A DNA stretch of 64,000 bases. It comes from Ignavibacteriota bacterium (GTDB lineage: Bacteria; Bacteroidota; Ignavibacteria; Palsa-1295). The position numbers and the translations under genes were made by a program. Position 1 is the stretch's first letter, and every line of letters starts with the position of its first letter. The notes below the pieces were generated by a model. That model was given only the letters and a program-made list of their open reading frames with translations, did no database searches and was not told the DNA's origin. The stretch spans positions 1,696,001-1,760,000 of the forward strand of contig CAWBEI010000002.1 of assembly GCA_963787835.1 (NCBI GenBank), in the 5' to 3' direction. Positions 57,795-64,000 of this stretch are shown here, piece after piece.

Positions 57795-60700
57795 TCACCA
57801 TCTGAATGTATAAACAAGTTTGGAAAGGAATATCGGCTGCTGAGTCAAGGAGCCAACTGTAGCAATGGTTGGATTAGGGTTGTACTGAATTTCGACGAGT
57901 GCATTCCGAAACACATCACCGGATATAAAGTCGTTCAGAGGAATATCGGTAACTAAATTTAGCCCTAATTGTCCCGCTCCGTTGTTAGCGACCCCCCCCA
58001 GCTTGACAGTAACATCTCGAATCGCTGCCGTAATCTGGGCACCACCATAGTTTCCTGTACTGAACGAGGCGGATCGAATGGCCACTTGAGAGCTTGTAGA
58101 GCCAAGAAGGTTGGTAAACAAATTAGCCGCTGCTTGCCCGCCAAGGGCCGGAAGCATTTTCGTGTATGCAGATCCACTGTTTGGTCCAGTGAGGTCATTT
58201 TTAAAATAACCACCAGTGCCTAGAAAATACAGTGCGTCCTGCTGGGCTTCCTCGGGTGATTGTTCCTGTCTAACTACAAACTCTCCGCCTGCCGTAGGTT
58301 GTTGAGAGTTCGTCCATATAATGATAGGATAATTTTTTGTTCCAGTAACATGGAGCGCTATCTTGGCTTGTTCCGAAGTACCCTGATGCTGGCTGATATA
58401 TTCAGCATTTACATCCAGGGATGGATTACTGAAATCGCCAGTAAATCTGATATTCCCTCTTGGAATCGTGAAATTTTGAATAAAGGTGAAAGTCGAATTC
58501 GGAGAGAGTTCGAATTCGCCGATTGCATTTGTTTGGAGATCTTCCCCGCGGTCTATTTTCAGTGTACCCCCGCTTTTAAGTTCGCCCCTTAGTTGTGATC
58601 CTATGATGACAAGCCCGCCGAAAGGAATGGTAATGGCCGCAGTTCCCTCCGTATTTATTGTCAGGTTCATTTGGAGTTTGTCGGTGAAACTGGGCGCAAG
58701 TGCGTTAGGTTGTTGAGAGGGTGCTATGTTCGGGGTCGGAACGCCTTGCTCCATGCTCCCATCATCATTTAAATAAATGTCCTTCATCCAATTCGGGAAG
58801 AGGGTATCATTAAACCAGCCCATTTGAATCGAGGCTGCATATTCCTGCTCGGTGACTGTATGAAGGGTATCGAGCGGGGCCAGATTTTGGACAGGATCTC
58901 TTGGGAGCGTTTCGTAGATCACACCTTCGCTCGATACCGATTGCTGAGTATTGTCAGACTGCGGCATCGTCACATTGGCACTCATGATATTGATTGTACC
59001 TGCGATCTTTGGGTTATCGAAGGTATTGTAAAATTCGAAATCCTGACCACCGGTATTGATGGTCACCGGTCCATAGGCCACCGGTAACGATTCCTTGGCA
59101 GCATCGGAAAGTACCATCAGTCGATTCGACCGAAGCTTGAGATCAAAGTTTGTAATATCGAATCCATTAAAAGTAAAGGAGCCGCTTAAACTCGCTGCAC
59201 CTAACGAGTCGTCTGCTGAAATATTGCGGATGCTGTCATCCTGCAAGACAAGAGCATTGTGGGCAAAGACAAGTGGTCCGCCAAAAAGATACCACATATT
59301 CGTTGCTGCCAGTAATACCTCACCTCTCTGAATGGATGCGTTTCCAGTGTACTCGATGTTGTTCCGTGTCCCCGCGATATTGAAGTTAATATCTCCGGAG
59401 CCATCGATCTGGCGGAATGGAGGAAGAAACGGTGTGACAACATCAAGAGGGAATTGATCTGCCTTAATACTTGCAGAGAGTGGCCGTGTTACGGCACGAG
59501 CGCTATCTGCGGCAAAATTTGGCCCTCGTTTAAGTGCAAAAACTAAAGGAATACTATCGATAGTAGCTCGTAATTCACTTCCTTTAAGAGCAACGGGATT
59601 GATCGTGCTTGGCACGTTGGCAGTGACAGTAGCAACGTGAAGATCCATGATGCCTCGAAGCACCTCATCGTGATATTCTATATCGACATAGTTTGAATCG
59701 AACGTGATGGTGTTTTCCTCTTCACCCTGGTATTTGATAATATCGGCAAAGAGTTTGGCAGTGACGTCCGGTTGTTCTAATGTCCCCGACAGCGTTACTT
59801 TGAAATCGCGCACTGTGCCGGCATATTTTGTGAAATCGAATGCACCGGAATTGGGGTTGAAGGGGAGTATTCTTGTAAGTTCCTCGATCTGGATAGATGG
59901 GAAGGTTGCCCATGCATTGACGCTGTCGCCATTAAGCACTCCACCAATACTTATGTGTTGAGCTCCCTCATCTCCACGATTTTCCATATTCTTCATTGGA
60001 TGGATGATATTCAATGTATCAATCGTAATAACTCCATTTTTCGCAAAATTAATACGAGCTGGACCTTCATTCTTCCAGACAAACTGCCGCAAGCTGTTGG
60101 AAGTAGGTGTGAAATAAGGGTTATTAAAGGATAGTTTTAATGTATCAAGTTTAAAATCGAGATCCCCATTTGGGAAAATAGTGGTTCCATTCAGATCGAT
60201 CGCAATAGCGTTATTATAGATCGATTCCGTGTGAAAATTGAGAGTTTGATCTTTATAGTTTAGATGGCACTCCGGATGATAGAGCAATGCCGAGCCCAGT
60301 CGAATGACGCTGTCCGTTGTAAGATCGAGATTTGCTTGTAGCTGTCCAAGCACTGTCTTGGGATCGTTGGACAGATCCTGTAATGTGATCAAGAATGAAG
60401 TTGGCATCAGGTGGATGCGTGGTGTACCAGCGCCGAACTTTGGCAAAGCCAAAGCAGAGGTATCACGATGTGCAGAGGGATTGATTTTTGAGAACGTATC
60501 AATCTTGACTAAAGGGACAGAATCAACCGATGGTCGGTCTCTCAAAATAAATCCAAGGCTATCAGCATTCATCGCAATGGTCAGATCACCATTGGCGTTT
60601 CCATGAACAACGCCAGAGACCCGGCCATGACCCAAGAGGAAAGTATTAGGAAAAAAATCAGCGAACGAGCGCAGATCCTTGATCTGAAGGGCATAATCAA

Positions 60701-62801
60701 AGTCGATCGAATCCTTTTTTGTTTTCGAAAGAATTGGAATATGATCCTTCAGCGGAAAATCCCTGTGCTCGATCGCTGTTAGCAGTGCGTTGATGTGTTC
60801 CGGTAAAACGTGGATGAGATCCCCAGTCTTAAAACTACGATCAACGGTCAGGTCAGCGATTGAGCTGTGTAGCATTAGCTTGTTTTCACCAGGCCGAACT
60901 GTGGTTATTGTGATATCCGCGGTATCGTCAGGAAGGTCGTGTCCCTGGCATGCAAGATCGAATAGGCGAAGATGCGCGGTTCCCAATACGCTGTCGAATC
61001 CATTCGCCGCGCCGGAGATATTCGCATCGAGATCAACTCGAGCAGGGTTCAGGCTATCATCCGATAAGATCTTCGATAGAGGAAAATTATGAATAGAACC
61101 ATCAAAATGAAAGGGAAGGGTGGATGCAGTTAATTTCGCACTTGCACTGCGGATGAGTACCTCGGGGCCATCCTTGATATCTGCGTTCAAGTGATCTACG
61201 GAGATCGCTCCCATCTTTATTGCGCCTGCAAGATCCAGCGAATTGGCTTGGTATGTATCGATCATGGATGGAGCATCCGTTCGAAGCACGATCGTAGATT
61301 CCATCGTCTTCCAATTCGTTCCGCGCCCAGCGATTTGCGTTTCTGCCGTGATGGAGCTCTCATATTTGGGATCGCGGATCAAAGCAGCAAGGTTGAAGTT
61401 ACTCGTTCTCAGGCTTGCGTGATACACCATCAGTTTTTGCCGGAGGTCAAGCCGCATATCTCCCGATGCATTCCCAGCACCACTCGAACTTGCATCGAAT
61501 TTTGTATGAAAATTTTGAGGGGCACCAGTAAAAGTGAGTTCGGATATGTTGATGGTTCCAAAGCGGGTCAGATCCGGCAAATGTAAACCTGGGACATAGT
61601 CGTCCAAAGTTGAATTGGAAAGATTCTTTGAACGCAGATCCAGATCCATTGTGAGAGAATCCGCTTGGTGGAGATTATTAAGGTCCCCGGAAATAGTAAT
61701 ATTCCCTCTGCTCTTGAAATCGAGCGCAAGCTTTTTAATGTGAAGTTTACCAAATTCACCTGTCACAGTAAGATCGATTCCGGGTGAGCCGGCAAGAAAA
61801 CTAAGTGGCTTGGGAAGGAATTGCTTCAGTTCGTTGGTGCTGATGACCGGACCGTTCACGTTCGCTTCTATTAAGGAATTTTTCATCGGAGTCAGCAACC
61901 CAGTTTCGATGATCTTTGGAGGTGAGATTTTGATCGATAATCCAAGATCAGAATGTCCGGTTATGATCTTTGCATTATCGATTCGTGCCTGGTTGGAATC
62001 AAGATAGCCCGAAAATCCCAGACGTTGCACGAAAACGCCGCTATTCTTTTCTCTAAATTGTAAATGACTGACATGTACCGTTTGCGATGACGCGCCATGC
62101 AAATTGAATCGGGTTTCGAGATCGATCCCTTGCACTTGGATATCGTTCCAGTCAATTTCTCTTTTCTCATTGGCGAGGGAAGCCTGTTGCCGAGAGGGGA
62201 AATTATAATCTCGAAGATAAAAACTACCGTTCTGGATCTGCAAGTTTGCGACGTCGATGATCTGGGAAAATGGTTTTGAAGGAGTTTTCGTCGACAGAGT
62301 TTTGGATAATAGTTCGTAGTTCCAGTTTGTGTCTCCCGCGAACTTAACGACATGGATCGTGGGGTGTATTAAAATAAAACCCGAAATCTGTATTTCGCTT
62401 TTTTGCAGCAAATGCGAAAGGGAGTATTGCGAAATTACTTTGTCAATATGAATGAGGGGTATAGAATCATAAGCAGTGCCAGTCTTCAGCCGAAGGGTGA
62501 CGTCACTCATCACGAACCCACTCAGCAAATTCCCTTGAATGTCGCCAACCGTGAGCGTGCCGTTGGTTCCATTCTCAATGGCGCCCTCTAATTGATTCAC
62601 AACAAAATGCCGGAAGAATGGAAGCTGTGTTAACGACCCCAAACCAAATCCAAGCACCAGAACGATCAGCAGGAGCCATAACAACACTAAACCTGTCCGC
62701 CGCAAGAAGCTTCGCTGTTTTTTTTCCGCGCGACCATCCACCAACGCTGCTGGCGTTGGCTGTTCAGTTCCATTTGTTGAACGAGGCTCGGTCGTCTCCA
62801 T
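57795..62801 (-). CDS. tamB: Translocation and assembly module TamB/AsmA-like protein
   Basis: 1668 aa; N-terminal TM anchor, long beta-taco repeats, C-terminal FTGDFSNPSLDVNAEY..VTGT..P (DUF490-like). Confidence 0.8.
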   Translation of the reverse strand: METTEPRSTNGTEQPTPAALVDGRAEKKQRSFLRRTGLVLLWLLLIVLVLGFGLGSLTQLPFFRHFVVNQLEGAIENGTNGTLTVGDIQGNLLSGFVMSDVTLRLKTGTAYDSIPLIHIDKVISQYSLSHLLQKSEIQISGFILIHPTIHVVKFAGDTNWNYELLSKTLSTKTPSKPFSQIIDVANLQIQNGSFYLRDYNFPSRQQASLANEKREIDWNDIQVQGIDLETRFNLHGASSQTVHVSHLQFREKNSGVFVQRLGFSGYLDSNQARIDNAKIITGHSDLGLSIKISPPKIIETGLLTPMKNSLIEANVNGPVISTNELKQFLPKPLSFLAGSPGIDLTVTGEFGKLHIKKLALDFKSRGNITISGDLNNLHQADSLTMDLDLRSKNLSNSTLDDYVPGLHLPDLTRFGTINISELTFTGAPQNFHTKFDASSSGAGNASGDMRLDLRQKLMVYHASLRTSNFNLAALIRDPKYESSITAETQIAGRGTNWKTMESTIVLRTDAPSMIDTYQANSLDLAGAIKMGAISVDHLNADIKDGPEVLIRSASAKLTASTLPFHFDGSIHNFPLSKILSDDSLNPARVDLDANISGAANGFDSVLGTAHLRLFDLACQGHDLPDDTADITITTVRPGENKLMLHSSIADLTVDRSFKTGDLIHVLPEHINALLTAIEHRDFPLKDHIPILSKTKKDSIDFDYALQIKDLRSFADFFPNTFLLGHGRVSGVVHGNANGDLTIAMNADSLGFILRDRPSVDSVPLVKIDTFSKINPSAHRDTSALALPKFGAGTPRIHLMPTSFLITLQDLSNDPKTVLGQLQANLDLTTDSVIRLGSALLYHPECHLNYKDQTLNFHTESIYNNAIAIDLNGTTIFPNGDLDFKLDTLKLSFNNPYFTPTSNSLRQFVWKNEGPARINFAKNGVITIDTLNIIHPMKNMENRGDEGAQHISIGGVLNGDSVNAWATFPSIQIEELTRILPFNPNSGAFDFTKYAGTVRDFKVTLSGTLEQPDVTAKLFADIIKYQGEEENTITFDSNYVDIEYHDEVLRGIMDLHVATVTANVPSTINPVALKGSELRATIDSIPLVFALKRGPNFAADSARAVTRPLSASIKADQFPLDVVTPFLPPFRQIDGSGDINFNIAGTRNNIEYTGNASIQRGEVLLAATNMWYLFGGPLVFAHNALVLQDDSIRNISADDSLGAASLSGSFTFNGFDITNFDLKLRSNRLMVLSDAAKESLPVAYGPVTINTGGQDFEFYNTFDNPKIAGTINIMSANVTMPQSDNTQQSVSSEGVIYETLPRDPVQNLAPLDTLHTVTEQEYAASIQMGWFNDTLFPNWMKDIYLNDDGSMEQGVPTPNIAPSQQPNALAPSFTDKLQMNLTINTEGTAAITIPFGGLVIIGSQLRGELKSGGTLKIDRGEDLQTNAIGEFELSPNSTFTFIQNFTIPRGNIRFTGDFSNPSLDVNAEYISQHQGTSEQAKIALHVTGTKNYPIIIWTNSQQPTAGGEFVVRQEQSPEEAQQDALYFLGTGGYFKNDLTGPNSGSAYTKMLPALGGQAAANLFTNLLGSTSSQVAIRSASFSTGNYGGAQITAAIRDVTVKLGGVANNGAGQLGLNLVTDIPLNDFISGDVFRNALVEIQYNPNPTIATVGSLTQQPIFLSKLVYTFRW

Positions 62802-62919
62802 GTAATAGGAATTCGGGGTCTTTGGTCTAAACCAAACAACCTGTAAGAGACTGGGCTTAGTTCGTAAACCACGCTATCTGACAAAAGATTAATTTCTTAA
62901 CCCTCCAAATGTCAAAGAA

Positions 62920-63447
62920 CTACCTATATCGCTCCAATATTTTCTCAACAATCCCGCTTGTTGAGCGACCTTCGGCCAAGGGGATCGTCTGCACACGTCC
63001 GCCATTCGCTTCGACCTCATCCGCTCCTACGATGGTTGCCCTCGAATAATCCGCACCTTTGATTAGTATGTCCGGCAAGACAAATCGTATCAATTCGAGC
63101 GGCGTTTCCTCATCAAAAATTACGACTGCATCCGTGCATCGAAGTGATGCCAAAAGCAGTGCTCGATCGCCTTCGTGCTGAATCGGCCGGTTCGGTCCCT
63201 TAATGGCTCTGACCGATGCATCGGAATTTAATCCGATAATTAGCGCTCCACCAACATTTCTTGCTTCCATCAAATATCCCGCATGACCGGCATGAAGAAT
63301 ATCAAAAACTCCATTTGTGAACACAAGAGCGGTTCCCGATTTCTTCAAATTCTCCCGCCACTCTGCCAATCGCTTCCGATCGGCGGCATCCCGAAAATAA
63401 AAAATTGGTGCGGACTGAATATTTCCCACTCGGTACTCGTTACCCAT
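62920..63447 (-). CDS. rfaE2: D-glycero-beta-D-manno-heptose 1-phosphate adenylyltransferase
   Basis: VFTNGVFDILHAGH, GLNSDASV, KGPNRPI, KGADY and RSTSGI. Confidence 0.93.
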   Translation of the reverse strand: MGNEYRVGNIQSAPIFYFRDAADRKRLAEWRENLKKSGTALVFTNGVFDILHAGHAGYLMEARNVGGALIIGLNSDASVRAIKGPNRPIQHEGDRALLLASLRCTDAVVIFDEETPLELIRFVLPDILIKGADYSRATIVGADEVEANGGRVQTIPLAEGRSTSGIVEKILERYR

Positions 63448-63459
63448 TACTCGGTACTT
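63425..63459. repeat. Five degenerate heptamer repeats spanning the rfaE1/rfaE2 junction
   Basis: cccactc-ggtactc-gttaccc-attactc-ggtactt. Confidence 0.6.
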
Positions 63460-64000
63460 GACGCTTCCAGATCTTCCAGCAACGCTGCCACTAATTGTTC
63501 CCTATAGATCGGAACGATTCCTAGTTCTTCGATCACTAACCCTGCTGCGCGGTTCGCGATCACTGCCGATTCCCGAACGCTCATTCCCGACGCCATGCAG
63601 ACGGCAAGCGTCGCGATCACCGTATCGCCGGCGCCGGAAACATCGGCGACCGTGCGTGCCATCGTTGGGATCGAAAATGGTTCGTTCGAGATCCCATCGT
63701 TTTTGATGCGTTCAAAGAGCATCATTCCTTTTTCGCCTAATGTCAGCAAAACATTTTCTGCATTGAGCCTTTCCATCAGCCGAAGTCCAGCGGCAATGTT
63801 CTCTTCTTGTGTCGAAAGACGAATCGCCAGCGCATCCTCGACTTCCTTTCTATTCGGCTTGAATACCGTGGCGCCCTGATACTCGAAAAAATTGTGCATC
63901 TTCGGATCCACCAGCAAGGGAACGTTATGTTTCTTCCCCAGCGCGATCACCCGGCGGATCAGCGACCCGGTCATCACGCCTTTGTTGTAATCCTCGAGGA
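63447..64000 (-). CDS. rfaE1: D-glycero-beta-D-manno-heptose-7-phosphate kinase, 3' part (runs off window)
   Basis: EDYNKG, VDPK, KPNRKE, TLGEKGM and DVSGAGDTV (PfkB family). Confidence 0.92.
   Translation of the reverse strand, partial: LEDYNKGVMTGSLIRRVIALGKKHNVPLLVDPKMHNFFEYQGATVFKPNRKEVEDALAIRLSTQEENIAAGLRLMERLNAENVLLTLGEKGMMLFERIKNDGISNEPFSIPTMARTVADVSGAGDTVIATLAVCMASGMSVRESAVIANRAAGLVIEELGIVPIYREQLVAALLEDLEASSTE

Overview
A mostly core-genome window from a Gram-negative bacterium of the Bacteroidota/Chlorobiota/Ignavibacteriota (FCB) lineage. The assignment is inferred from SprA, many T9SS C-terminal domains, the fused LpxC-FabZ and TAnnTTTG promoter motifs; a Kapabacteria-like organism is plausible but unproven. 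The window runs from the 5' end of rpsL to an rfaE1-rfaE2 pair. It contains a VapBC-type toxin-antitoxin pair, SprA and several T9SS cargo proteins, a Kir-type K+ channel, ribE, trmD, lpxC-fabZ, lpxA, TamB and an OmpA-family protein. Two genes are each split by one extra T. No rRNA, tRNA, CRISPR array or transposase was seen. Best candidates for undescribed systems: (1) a Cyc2-like cytochrome c-porin flanked by a Tat Rieske lipoprotein and a CX4CH cytochrome lipoprotein, in a gene run headed by an ECF sigma; (2) a GldM-like membrane protein with an intramembrane Glu followed by two paralogous outer-membrane barrels; (3) a ~250-bp non-coding, apparently structured element present twice 35 kb apart; (4) an OMP + lipidated stand-alone T9SS-CTD + pseudo-aspartyl-protease trio; (5) an REase-nSTAND3 putative defence gene bracketed by inverted REP-like motifs. 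All family calls are by motif recognition only; no database searches were run.
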